A stretch of DNA of 64,000 nucleotides from Eledone cirrhosa (lineage: Eukaryota): contig OZ024742.1 of assembly GCA_964016885.1 (NCBI GenBank), forward strand, positions 124,930,001 through 124,994,000, written 5' to 3'. A program made the position numbers and the translations under genes. Within the stretch, counting starts at the first letter, position 1; every line of letters starts with the position of its first letter. Below, piece by piece: positions 27,172 to 39,520 of the stretch. The notes below the pieces were generated by a model. It was not told where the DNA came from. It did no database searches and was given only the letters and a program-made list of their open reading frames with translations.

Positions 27172-27216
27172 AACGGTGCTGATGATAGCTAACAAGCTTG
27201 AAACTAGTACATCGTT
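27172..27216 (+). ncRNA. Hammerhead ribozyme (family D, unit 3)
   Basis: Identical to 26228-26272. Confidence 0.85.
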
Positions 27217-27517
27217 CCTGTGTCTGTGTTGAACAAAAAGGTGACGTGGTTGCCTTAACACCGTATGGCATAAATTCAGGCGGTTCAGTTTGTTTACAAA
27301 CGAACAAAGCGACGTTATAATAAGCGCCGCTAAACTGATACGTGCATATATGTATGTGTACCTGTATGCATATGTGTGTATATATGTATATATATATATA
27401 TATGTGCATGCTACTGTACGTCTGTATACATATATGTATGTACGTATACATGCATACTTACATTTAAGTAAGTGCCATACTAAGAGTGAGAAATGAAATT
27501 TCGTTTTCATTTTGTTT

Positions 27518-27591
<74 letters not shown>

Positions 27592-27938
27592 TTATTACAT
27601 GGTCTAGTGAGAGATAGAAATGTTAAAAGTGAAGATAAATGAGCAAAGATTTACCACGAGGACATTGATATTTACACCATTTGCATGCTTCCGTGTATAC
27701 ACAAGAATATCTGTTATGCGTACATGTTCTTTAGTACGTTATCATTTGTAATAAATTTAATAAAATGTCAACTCATTATCTATGACTATTACTGCATATA
27801 TTCTTTGAAATGTATTAGTCAATACAATATCTAAAAAATTACCACAATTCACCAAAGCTGAAATTGCGAAAGCTTTCATCTTTGGAAACTAAATTAAAAT
27901 TTGTTTATTTCTTAGAAATAGTTTATAACATATCTATT

Positions 27939-27997
<59 letters not shown>

Positions 27998-28056
27998 ATA
28001 TATACATATATATATATGTATATATAATATATACATATATATATATATATATATAC

Positions 28057-28190
<134 letters not shown>

Positions 28191-28258
28191 AATTAAAATA
28201 AATTAAAATAAATAAGTCAAACATTTAAAATTTGGCTTCGTTTATTCCTGCTATATTC

Positions 28259-28308
28259 CTGCTAGATTTTGGTGGGAGCCATCTTTGGCTGTGACCTCTT
28301 CAGGCAGT
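28259..28308 (-). ncRNA. Hammerhead motif, probably inactive (GAAA mutated to AAAA)
   Basis: ACTGC-CTGAAGA-GGTCACAGCC aaagat GGCTCCCACC-AAAA-TC-TA-GCAG. Confidence 0.55.
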
Positions 28309-28906
28309 CCGAATTAGTGTGGTAGAGACGAGTACACATGTCGTTGGGGTCTTTAACTTTGTCAATACTCTGTTATGCCCAGTTCCTGGTTGGGTTGTTG
28401 TTTCTATGAGGAACTGGAATCAAATGAATTTAAACAAACGAATTTCAGGGTCAAAGGAATCCTCTCCTCCCATTGGTCAGTTGTGAGTACAAAAGTCTAT
28501 AGAAATTCTTTCTGGGGCGAGGCAATCTGTAGTGGTTGTTTTTGTTATTGTTAAGTACAACTGACCTCAATCCCTTATGTTGGTAGTAGTGTTGGTGCTG
28601 GGGTCAGATTTAAGTCCTGCTGCTGTTTATTTTAGAAGGACCTGTGTGTGTGTGTTGGCATCAATCCTGCCACCAACCATTTCTCTCGGTGGTTGGGGGT
28701 GCGGGGTGTTTGCCAAGCATCTGAATAAATAATAGGCAATAAGATGAAGGAAATAAAACATAAAATATAAAAAATAAAAAATAAATAATAAATAATAGAA
28801 TGAAAGGAAAAGTGAAAAGATTAAAAAATACGAATAAAATAAAGAAAAATAGAGTAAAATAAGATAAAATAAAATAAGATAGAATAAAATAAAGTCATAT
28901 AAGATA

Positions 28907-29072
28907 ATTGTTTCTACTTTAGGCACAAGGCCAGTAATTACCTAGTGCATTACTGGTACTTTTATTTTATCGACCTCGTAAGGATGAAAGGCAAAGTCAA
29001 CCTCGGCTGATTTGAACTCAGATCATAAAGGGACGTAACTATGCTGGAAAGCATGGCGTCCGACCCTCTACC
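28907..29072 (-). mobile_element. SINE inside the PLE 3' UTR (second copy at 29651-29812)
   Basis: AATTGTTTCTACTTTAGGCACAAGGCC...TACTGGTACTTTATTTTATCGACC...GATTTGAACTCAG. Confidence 0.8.
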
Positions 29073-31911
29073 TTAATCAAATAAGTAAACAAAAAAAATG
29101 ATAAAATGGTAGAAGGAATAAGATGATTAAAAGAATAAAATAAGATAATCAAATAAAATGTGTGTGTGTAATAACCAATCTCAAAGTTAGAAAGATTTGG
29201 AAGATCCTCTCCTCCCATGGTCAGTTGTGAGAGCATTCCTCAGTCAAAAGTCTATAGAAATTCTTTTTGAGGTGAGGCGATCTGTAATGTTTGTTTTTGC
29301 TATTGTTATGTACACCTGACCTCTACCCTTATGTTGGCATTGGTGTTGGTGCTGCGGTCAGCTTAAGTCTTACTGCGACTGATTTTAGAAGAGTCTGTGT
29401 GTGTGTGTTGGCATCCATCCTTCCACTATTTCTTGTGGTGTTGGTGGTCGTGGTGGTGGTGGTGTGTGTGTGTGCGGGGGGGGGGGGGGGGGGGGGTCCA
29501 AGCATATCAGGGAATAAAAGGCAATAAAATCAAGAGAACAATAGAATGACATGAAAAGGAAAAGACAAAAAATAAGAATAAAATAAAGACATAAAGAAGA
29601 AAGTAGAGTAAAATGAAATGAAATGATGTAAAATAAAATAAAATAATATAATTGTTTCTACTTTTGGCACAAGGCCAGCAATTACTCAGTGCATGACTGG
29701 TACTTTATTTTATCGACCCCGTAAGGTTGAAAGCAAAGTTAACCTCGGCGGGAATGGAAAGGGTTATAACTCTATGCATCAAAGCATGGCGTCTGACTCT
29801 CTACTGATACTGAAGCAAATAAGTAAGCAAAAATATGATAAAACGGTTGAAGGAATAAGATGATAAAAGAATAAAATAAGATATTCAAATAAAATGTGTG
29901 TGCGTTATAATCAATCTCAAAGTTAGAAAGATTTGGAAGACGTTGGCCAAATTAGAAAGGCTGTGTCAGAATCAATCTCTAGACTATCATGGTGTGTTGT
30001 GTATTTGTATTAAGAGCAGGTGAGATAATGGTGGAGTGTAATAGCCCATAATTCGGGTGTGGAAATCCGGAAATGCGGAGGACTACAGTTCCTATTTTGG
30101 CATGGAGCTCATATTCGTGTCTTTCAACTCACATCCTTCCAAGCACACACGCAGAAGCACAGGTCCAGTGGCATCCTAGGGCCCCCTCCACACACATACC
30201 CACATACATACACACACACACACCCACACACGCATACACACACGTACACATACATACACCCACCCACATGCCCACGCGCACCTACCCACCCGCACACACA
30301 CATATAAGTATCTGTACATGTACAATCCTAAATAACAGTATCCATGTATGGACATATGCATGGTATGTGTTGTCACAGGCGTCGATCGGGGCTGTTGTAT
30401 GGTGGGGCTGCTGTCCTTGAAGCTAGAGGGAAGTTCCCATCCAAATGTTTTGTTCTTATCCGTATAACTTGAGGAAGGTCCCGGCCCTGATGTATTTGCG
30501 CGTCCCGGATGGGTTCCTATGGCTTGAGAGGAGTTCCAACCTACTGTGTTCTTACTGTTCATATGGCTTGAGGGAGGTCCGGCCCAGAGGTGTCAACATG
30601 TTCTAGAGAATTCCCTATAGCTTGGGGGGAGTTCACATCCCAGCGTGTTGTTACTGTCCATATAGCTTGAGGAAGGTCCCGGCCATGAGGTGTCTACATG
30701 TTCCAAAGAAGTCGGTTCTGAGATTTATCAGGTGGCTTCCACCTCTTAGTATCTCGATGGTCTCGCTCAGACATACGTGTTTGCAGATGTCAGATCCCTC
30801 TTTATCAGGTGGTACTTTCCTGATTATGGACCAGGCTAGAGAGTATGGGGTCCTGTCCAGGTTAAGCTTCCAGATCAGGTCGAAAAGAGCCGTACTTTCC
30901 TTTTGAACTCCTTGTTGAAGGAATGGCGATGATTATACCAACGGTCTTTAAAGCTCGTTGATGTGGCTCCTATGTAAAGGTGTTCAGAGTTGGGGTTTTT
31001 ACTCTACATCCGTATATTAGGTTCTTCCTAAGGCATTCATTACTAAGGGGGCATAATTCGGGGTTTCTGCAGTTGCAGAAGGTGGCCGAACTCTGTGTGC
31101 TTAGTGTGGGGTTCCCGTTACGTGTTACATGGTGGTACTACCCCGGTCCCGGTGGGGGGGGGGGGGGGTCCCTGAGTATGTTTGAGTTTCTTGGGTTGGC
31201 ACTGGGTCCACCCTTCTCTACTTTCACACGGTTCTGCTGGGTGCTTATATTGCCAGCTTCTGGTTGTGTGTGGTTTTTAAGCCTACTCCTGTTGATGCCA
31301 ATTATGTGTTGGGCCAGATTTATAGTGGTAGATTACGAGAACTTCACAGTGCATCTGTTGAAGATCTTGTGGTATCTATGGTCCCTTGGGAAGCATTTAT
31401 CAAGTGCTCCAAAGAATGATCGGGCCAAGCTGTTCTTTAGGGCCGCTGAGTAGGGTAGGTTGTACCACGTGATTTTTCTGCGTCCACTCCTATGTGGGTG
31501 GGTTGAGGGCGCCGTGGGCTGTTGGAGAGAAATGGTGGGAGGATAGATGCCAACACGCACACACACAGTTCATTCTAAAATAAACAGCAGCAGGTCTTAA
31601 ATGTGACCCCAGCACCAACACCACTACCAACATAAGGGTAACGGTCAGTTGTACTGAAAAATAACAAAAACAACCACTACAGATTGCCTCGCCTCAGAAA
31701 TAATTCCTATAGACTTTTGACTGAGGAATGTTCTCACAACTGTCAATGGGAGGAGAGGATGTCCTTTGACGCTGAAAATCGTTTGTTTAAATTCATATGA
31801 TTCCAGTTCCTCGTAGAAACAACAACCCAACCATGAACTGGGCATAACAGAGTATTGACAAAGTTAAAGACCTCAACAACATGTGTACTCATCTCTACCA
31901 CACTAATTCGG

Positions 31912-31966
31912 ACTCCCTGAAGAGGTCCCAGCCAAAGATGGCTGTCACCGAAATATATATAGCAGT
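31912..31966 (+). ncRNA. Hammerhead ribozyme in the inverted PLE 3' repeat
   Basis: ACTCC-CTGAAGA-GGTCCCAGCC aaagat GGCTGTCACC-GAAA-TATATA-TA-GCAGT; palindromic stem III ATATATAT; one stem I mismatch. Confidence 0.7.
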
Positions 31967-32012
31967 AATAAACGAAGCCAAATTTACAATAAACAACCAA
32001 CATATACTCAAA

Positions 32013-32074
<62 letters not shown>

Positions 32075-32243
32075 TTATACTTTGGGAGGGTCATGTTGCC
32101 AATAAGAAACACACGCACCAGTTGCTTTCACTTCAATTTATTATATATTTATAAATTCATAAATTTACAAATCTACAAACTTATAAATTATAAATTTCTG
32201 GTTGGTTGGTTGGTTCCACAACCAGATAGTTGTTTATATATAT

Positions 32244-32288
32244 AGTCATAGTCCTTTCGTCACACACTCTGTGACCTCTTCAGTGACT
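32244..32288 (-). ncRNA. Hammerhead ribozyme in the PLE 3' repeat
   Basis: Identical to 36775-36819. Confidence 0.8.
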
Positions 32289-32516
32289 GGGGATTCCTTT
32301 CTTCGTTTCTGTGCCTTTTCTTTCTTCTATCCTACGCCATTTTGTTTCTGTGTGTGTGTTGTGTGCTCAGTTTGCGCATGTGCCACATCCGGGTGTCTGT
32401 GTGTGTTTGTGTTCATTTTTCTATTTGTTTATTTATTTATTGTTGGTTGGTTGTTTGTTCTATGTGTGTGTGTGTTTTCATTTTGTCCTGTGTGTGTTTT
32501 CATTTTGTGTGTGTTT

Positions 32517-35130
32517 TCAATTGTAAGTTGTTTGTTCTATGTGTGTGTGTGTTTTCATTTGTCCTAAATTGTAAGTTGTGATGTTGCTGTTCCACTCATA
32601 TTTTCTATTTAATTTTGGTTTTAATTCTTTTATGCTTACTGCCTCTGTAATTTGCCTAAACATTGCGTCTTTTCTGTGCATGGATTCTATTTTTATTTCT
32701 ATGCTCTCTAATCTACCCCTGTGTTCTATCTTAGCATGTTGGTAGAGCACAGATGATTCTTTATTATCTTGGAGGTCTCGCCAGTGTTCATTTATTCGTT
32801 CCCCTATACTACGAGCTGTCTCACCTATGTACACTATATTTTTGTTTCTACATTGTCCTTCAGTACATCTTATGCTATACACTACATTTCTAGTTTTACA
32901 GTTAATATGGGGGCTTATTTTACAGGTTATACATTTCTTATCTATACATGAGGGTCTTTGGAACGGGTATGTCTTGCTAATAAGTGTTTTTACGGAGGTA
33001 CCAGGTCTTTCTACTATCTTAATATTGAGATTATGTTTATTTAGGGCCTTTCTAAATTTGTAGGCTAGTTCGCCTCTAGGGGTTGTATTGATGAACAGTG
33101 CACTCTGGTATTTATTGCTATCATACCATGAGTTTATTCTATTGGCCTTGTTCCTAGTTCTTTCTATTCTATTCCAAAATATGCTCCTATACAAGGGGCA
33201 GGTCCCATTTATGTCATTATTTACCATTTTTTTCCCATTTGGTTCTGGCTCCTTTATACACTCTGATTCTATCTCTCTGATTGTAGCCAGAGAACTGCAT
33301 ACGGTGGATGAAGTGTTGTATGTGTCTCTCTAGTTCTTCGGGGTTGCACATGCGGGACACATTTCTCATCACCCGTACCAAATCCGCAATCAGTATGTTG
33401 ATTTTGGTATGGTCCGAAATGGCCGAGTTTCGGTGGATCAGATGTTTGGAAGTCATGGGTTTGGCATAATGGGAATGGAGGATTTGTTTTTGGTTGTTAA
33501 TGGTATCTAACCAGAGCTCTGTGTCTAGTACAGGTAATCGATGGTTGGGGTGTCTACTTGGGTAGTCTATAGTAACTCTAATGCTCTGGTGGATGGAGTT
33601 TGCTATTTGCTGGATGCTTTCCATTGTGTTTTTCTCTAGTTCCTGACTGTTCTTTAGTGGGGGTGTCTTAACTACGATGTTTATATCATCTACGTAGCGG
33701 GAGTACATTATCAGGGTTAAGCTGTCTTCTAATTGTTTATTACGTTTTTGTTTAAGTCTACTGTCCCACCATACCATGAATAAGTTAGCTATGTCGCCTG
33801 CAATGCTAACACCAATGGCTGCTCCTTCCTCTTGGGCATATGTTTTACCATTAAATTTGAACATATGTTCCTTAAGGGTTAATTTTATACTGGCCCCTAC
33901 CGCATGTGCAATCATTTTCTTCAGTTCATCGTGGTTTTCGGGTGTCCGTATGGCTCTGGTCCACCCGTTCCATCTATCTGTGTGGGTTTTCTTGGCCATT
34001 GAGGTAATGGTAGGTGGTCTGCCTCTTGCTGGTCTTGTAGGGCACAGGTTGCTAAGGTCATAAGTGTCTAGGTAACTATTACTATGGGTAAGCTTAAGTA
34101 GAAGTCCCAGCTCACTGGTATCAATCCCACGGAACTCAACCTTGCTCTCGCTGATCATTTCTACGCATTTCTCCACTGCAAAATCCACGTCAATAGATGG
34201 ATACAGGGACACAACATCCATACTGCCTAATATGCAGTTTGTTAGGTCCCCAGATCGGTTACCCGCGCCGATTCTGCTGAGGAGGTCCTCCGTGCTGTCA
34301 CACACATCTGGGGACATCTCAATGATGGGGCGTATGATCAGGGAGAGGAAGTAGGACAGTCTGTAGTTACTAGCAATGTTAGCCCCACAGACTGGTCTTG
34401 TTGGTGGTCCCGTGACAGGGTCCCAGCCCGTTTTATGGTCTTTTCGAAGCCCATACAACGCCGGCACGTCATTGTTCCAGGCCTGGAAGTTGTTGGCAGT
34501 CCTTTTGTTGGGCTGTATTATATTTGTCCACATCACCATATGGGCATTGAGGGCTTTTTCTCTATCCTCATGCTCCTGTGGTGTTACCTCTCTTGTGTTA
34601 GTGATGTGGGGTTGCATTGCCTGGATGTAGTTTGGCAGGCTGTCAACCGACATTCTGCCAGACTTGTCTGTTGGAAAACATGCTATCTCTCCATTACGTG
34701 AGCGCTGCATGAGCTTACGCAAGCCATTTGCAGATTCTTCTCCCAGTTGCTGGGCCTCTATTCTATTATGATTCTTGCTATACTGTTCTATAATATTTCT
34801 AAGTTCGGATTTAGCTATACTAAATTGTGCTTCTGTTTGTTCATCGACCTGCGACGGCAACTGCGTGCGTTTGTTAAATGGCAAAGTCGTGGCGTGGACT
34901 CGTCGTAGGTCGAATGATTTATCGGAGGGGTTATAAAACGGAGAGTTCCAGGCTGCTGCTTTATGTGTACTAGTGCTATTATTATTGTTAGTTGTGTTAT
35001 TTCTATTTCTATTTCCACCAGCAGCCTCAGCTTCATGGTTGTTTCTATGTCTCTCATAATTACTCCTGTCTCTTTCGACTGGCTCAATGTTGTTATCTAC
35101 CCTATTTTGTGTGTCGTGTGTTCGTCTTGG
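32517..35130 (-). pseudogene. PLE RT-GIY-YIG polyprotein, split by a 1-nt homopolymer frameshift at about 33228
   Basis: The 555-aa ORF (PTDKSG, PPTRPVCGA, GSMDVVSLYPSID, YSRYVDDI) continues upstream without stops to about 35130 (...FDLRRVHATTLPFNKR). T7 here versus T6 in the 18.9-kb copy shifts KWEK/MVNND into the 236-aa Cys-rich GIY-YIG ORF. Confidence 0.88.
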
Positions 35131-35517
35131 TTATTCTCTTTGTCCTTAGTCTCCCATCTCCTTTTCTTTTTTTTTAATCCTATTACTTTCTCTTATTTCT
35201 CTGATTTCTGTGCTACTGTCATTACTTGTTTTCTGTGTCTGTGTGTTTGTTAAGATTGTGGTGGTGGTGAGAGGCATTGAATGCGTGTGTGTTGTTGTTG
35301 TTGATGTGTGTTGTTGTTGATGTGTTTTGTTGTTGTCTCCGTGTGTGTGTTATCGTTGTTGTGTGTGTTGTTATTGTTGTTTGTGTCTGCGTGTCTGTTG
35401 TTGTTGTATCTGGGTATGTTGCTATTGTTGTTGATGTGTGTGTTGTTGTTATTGTTGTCTCCGTGTGTGTTATCGTTGCTGTGTGTGTTGTTATTGTTGT
35501 TTGTGTCTGCGTGTCTG

Positions 35518-37047
35518 TGGAAAGCATCCAGCAAATAGCAAACTCCATCCACCAGAGCATTAGAGTTACTATAGACTACCCAAGTAGACACCCCAACCAT
35601 CGATTACCTGTACTAGACACAGAGCTCTGGTTAGATACCATTAACAACCAAAAACAAAACCTCCATTCCCATTATGCCAAACCCATGACTTCCAAACATC
35701 TGATCCACCGAAACTCGGCCATTTCGGACCATACCAAAATCAACATACTGATTGCGGATTTGGTACGGGTGATGAGAAATGTGTCCCGCATGTGCAACCC
35801 CGAAGAACTAGAGAGACACATACAACACTTCATCCACCGTATGCAGTTCTCTGGCTACAATCAGAGAGATAGAATCAGAGTGTACAAAGGAGCCAGAACC
35901 AAATGGGAAAAAGTGGTAAATAATGACATAAATGGGACCTGCCCCTTGTATAGGAGCAAATTTTGGAATAGAATAGAAAGAACTAGGAACAAGGCCAATA
36001 GAATAAACTCATGGTATGATAGCAATAAATACCAGAGTGTAATGTTCATCAATACAACCCTAGAGGCGAACTAGCCTACAAATTTAGAAAGGCCCTAAAT
36101 AAACATAATCTCAATATTAAGATAGTAGAAAGACCTGGTACCTCCGTAAAAACACTTATTAGCGAGACATACCCGTTCCAAAGACCCTCATGTATAGATA
36201 AGAAATGTATAACCTGTAAAATAAGCCCCCATATTAACTGTAAAACTAGAAATGTAGTGTATAGCATAAGATGTACTGAAGGACAATGTAGAAACAAAAA
36301 TATAGTGTACATAGGTGAGACAGCTCGTAGTATAGGGGAACGAATAAATGAACACTGGCGAGACCTCCAAGATAATAAAGAATCATCTGTGCTCTACCAA
36401 CATGCTAAGATAGAACACAGGGGTAGATTAGAGAGCATAGAAATAAAAATAGAATCCATGCACAGAAAAGACGCAATGTTTAGGCAAATTACAGAGGCAG
36501 TAAGCATAAAAGAATTAAAACCAAAATTAAATAGAAAATATGAGTGGAACAGCAACATCACAACTTACAATTAAGGACAAAATGAAAACACACACACACA
36601 TAGAACAAACAACCAACCAACAATAAATAAATAAACAAATAGAAAAATGAACACAAACACACACAGACACCCGGATGTGGCACATGCGCAAACTGAGCAC
36701 ACAACACACACACAGAAACAAAATGGCGTAGGATAGAAGAAAGAAAAGGCACAGAAACGAAGAAAGGAATCCCCAGTCACTGAAGAGGTCACAGAGTGTG
36801 TGACGAAAGGACTATGACTATATATATAAACAACTATCTGGTTGTGGAACCAACCAACCAACCAGAAATTTATAATTTATAAGTTTGTAGATTTGTAAAT
36901 TTATGAATTTATAAATATATAATAAATTGAAGTGAAACAACTGGTGCGTGTGTTTCTTATTGGCAACATGACCCTCCCAAAGTATAACAATATCGGTTTC
37001 AACACACGATTTCAGATAAAGAATCTTGCTAAACAAATTCAGAAACG

Positions 37048-37050
<3 letters not shown>
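35518..37050 (+). mobile_element. Inverted 3' arm of the Naiad-like PLE (RT C-terminus + GIY-YIG + 3' repeat + about 59-nt extension)
   Basis: Reverse complement of 32071-33623; continues 36992-37050 before (TA)n. Confidence 0.93.
36775..36819 (+). ncRNA. Hammerhead ribozyme in the PLE 3' repeat
   Basis: AGTCA-CTGAAGA-G-GTCACA gagtg TGTGAC-GAAA-GGAC-TA-TGACT. Confidence 0.8.
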
Positions 37051-37082
<32 letters not shown>

Positions 37083-38057
37083 TTCTTCACCTTTCATGTT
37101 ATATTTTCTGTTTTTCTATATTTTTATTTTTATTTCCTGCCTGTTCAATGAGGAATATCTCAGCACTCTATTTTTATTTCCTACAGTATTTTGTATTCGA
37201 TATAATTATATATACCTTTTATACTAATTGTCAGTATTAACGATAAATATTTGAACATAAATAAAAGCTAAATGTATACCTATTTATACGTTTATTTATT
37301 TACAATTCTTTCTTTATTGTTTGGTATATTAGGTAAATTAATGTCATTACGTGTAATATCCATTTTCTGTTTATATTTATTATCATAGCCACATTAGTTT
37401 TCTTTATCATCAAAATTATAAATGATTTAAGGAATGGCACCTTAGATATATTTGTAAAATTATATGAAAATCTACGATAAAACAATCAATTTCATGTATT
37501 CATTACATATATGAGCACATACAACTATGCGTGAATGTAATTTTTATTTTATGGAAACATACGACATATCTCACTCATAATAATATTTCATAGTCCGGCA
37601 TTCAAAATAGCATAATTAATTCAATCTAACTGCAGTTAAAGTAGCCGACATTAATAACCTCAAGTCCAATTTTCTTAACGCCAAAACTACATTCACCACT
37701 GAACGGTCTCTAGACATCCTGAAATAAGCTAACAGTGCTATTGTCCTCTTTTTGGAAAATGTTGTACATAGTATCTAGTACGCGAATAGACTGGCAACAT
37801 CAAATGTGTGATGGAGAAAAGTGAGCTAAGGTGATAAGAGTACGGTGTTATTGTAAAAGCCACACGCTGTTGAAATGTTTTTCTTTCGTTTTTCTGTTCT
37901 GCATTTCTTTGATGAATTACAATTTCCGAAACATTGAAGGCAACTTCGTATTTCTGCGTTACAGCGGTAAGCTAACACTGTCATATAAAATGTCCTTGTA
38001 TGTTAAATGTGTTCGAGTAATATTATTAGTTTTCCATCACGATCACGGCCCTTGCCA

Positions 38058-38372
38058 TTTTGAGTTCAGATCCCGTCGAGGGAATCCCTTCATCCTTACG
38101 GAGTCGATAAAATAAAGTACCAGTAATACACTGGTTAATTGCTGGCCTTGTGCCAAAAGTAGAAACAATTATTATTTTTCCATCACGGTGGATTGGCAGA
38201 ATTGGCAGAGGGTCGGACATGCTTTCCATCATAGTTACGTCCCTTTACGATTTGAGTTCAAATCCCGCCGAGGTTAACTTTGCCTTACATCCTTACGGGG
38301 TCGATAAAATAAAGTACCAGTAATTATATTGGGTAATTACTGGCCTTGTGCCAAAAAGTAGAAACAATTATT
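38058..38372 (+). mobile_element. Two tandem SINE copies
   Basis: TTTGAGTTCA(G/A)ATCCCG...CATCCTTACGG.GTCGATAAAATAAAGTACCAGT...GGCCTTGTGCCAAAAGTAGAAACAATT occurs twice. Confidence 0.8.
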
Positions 38373-38984
38373 TTTCCATCACGTTAATCAATTTTTCCGA
38401 CATAGCTTCACCATCAATTAATTTTAATTAATTTTAATATTTCTTAAGTCAGTGCAATATGTTTAGAACAACAATCTTTGGCTTTCATGCACTGTGTTTT
38501 TCCTATGTACACTTTCACTCGTTTATTTACTCAAATTCTGACTACAATTTAATAGATATCTCAGCATTATAACTGTGTATGACTTTTTAGATATGTTTTC
38601 AAAGTTTGATGGTTCACTATTTAAAGTGATGTCCCCAGTAATCACCAGGAATTCATTGTCAGTAACATATATAATTCTCAAATATTACTTCTTATTTTAT
38701 AAAGAGATTTGAATTGTATGAGGAAAACAACAATGAAAGAACTTCTGCTACATCAAAATAAGTATAAAATCTATATAAAGTACATTTTTGAAAGAGACAT
38801 TGAGTATAGATTTTAATATAGAATTTGAAATAAGATGGAATGGGATTTGATATTCCCGTAATTCTGGATGGACTCGTAGGGGCATATGGCTTTTCTTGAG
38901 CATTTTAAGCCTGGCGGAGCCTATCACTCTCAAATTCTGAAAACAGCAAATAAGGTTTGCGAGAGAGACAAATCGAGAAACACA

Positions 38985-39150
38985 TATAGGGGAAGAATCG
39001 ATCCCAGTACTTAACTGGTACTTTCTTGTTGACCTCGAAAAATGAACGGCAAAGTTGAACTCGGCCTGATTTGAACCCAGAGAAGAGAGAGCCGGAACGA
39101 ATACCACAAAGCATTTTATCCGACTTTCTAACGAATCTGCCAATTCGCTG
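38985..39150 (-). mobile_element. SINE copy
   Basis: ACTGGTACTTTCTTGTTGACCTCG...GGCAAAGTTGAACTCGGCCTGATTTGAACCCAG. Confidence 0.7.
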
Positions 39151-39456
39151 TGATAAATCAATACGCTTAGAAACGTTTGAGAAATAACTCACTATATGAT
39201 CTTATGTTGAATAAACAAGTTGCCATTTTATGTGTTATTGTTAGAGCTCAATGGCCACACGAATAAGACAGAGGGTGATTAAGGAAATTTATATCTAAAA
39301 AAAATTCAAGTGTTAAATGTTCCAATCCTCTTCCCTCACCTCACACTCACACCTCTCAAGCTTATCCGCTTCATTATTCGCCTCCTCCTGCTTTTTCTCT
39401 TCACAGGCACCATCATCACCATCATCCGGTTGATATTAATATTGATATATTTATCG

Positions 39457-39457
<1 letters not shown>

Positions 39458-39497
<40 letters not shown>

Positions 39498-39520
39498 ATA
39501 ATAATAATAATAATAATAAT
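39458..39520. repeat. (TAC)n(TAA)n microsatellite
   Basis: Directly visible. Further (AAT)n tracts at 45146-45208, 54453-54482, 58357-58367 and 60639-60660. Confidence 0.95.

Larger units (their letters stand above)
26051..27520 (+). mobile_element. Non-LTR retrozyme-like tandem array (family D): 3 x 472 bp plus a 42-bp partial unit
   Basis: Units start at 26063, 26535, 27007 and 27479 and are nearly identical. One HHR per unit. Both ends in (TA)n; 15-nt inverted cap at the left end. Confidence 0.9.
28228..31985 (-). mobile_element. Second-lineage Penelope-like element (tentatively Nematis/Xena-like), 5'-truncated, with inverted 3' repeat at about 31525-31985
   Basis: RRKITWYNLPYS...LDKCFP...KIFNRCTVKFS; CNCRNPELCPLSNECLRKNLIYGCRV / YIGATSTSFKDRWYNHRHSF...ESTAL..LIWKL (about 30650-31500, frameshifted). 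28228-28690 is the reverse complement of about 31525-31985. Confidence 0.85.
32071..35517 (-). mobile_element. Penelope-like element (Naiad-like), main arm
   Basis: RT + GIY-YIG ORF, 3' repeat with HHR, 3' end in (TA)n; low-complexity N/T/H-rich 5' region. Confidence 0.93.

Noticed and set aside
26163-27510. Triplicated 68-118 aa ORFs, and a CRISPR-like reading of the array
   Set aside because: They are by-products of the 472-bp tandem unit. There are no unique spacers, no recognisable domains, and the context is eukaryotic.
35277-36074. 265-aa Val/Cys-rich fusion ORF
   Set aside because: Artefact of reading antisense low-complexity sequence across the inversion junction at 35518 into the PLE frame.
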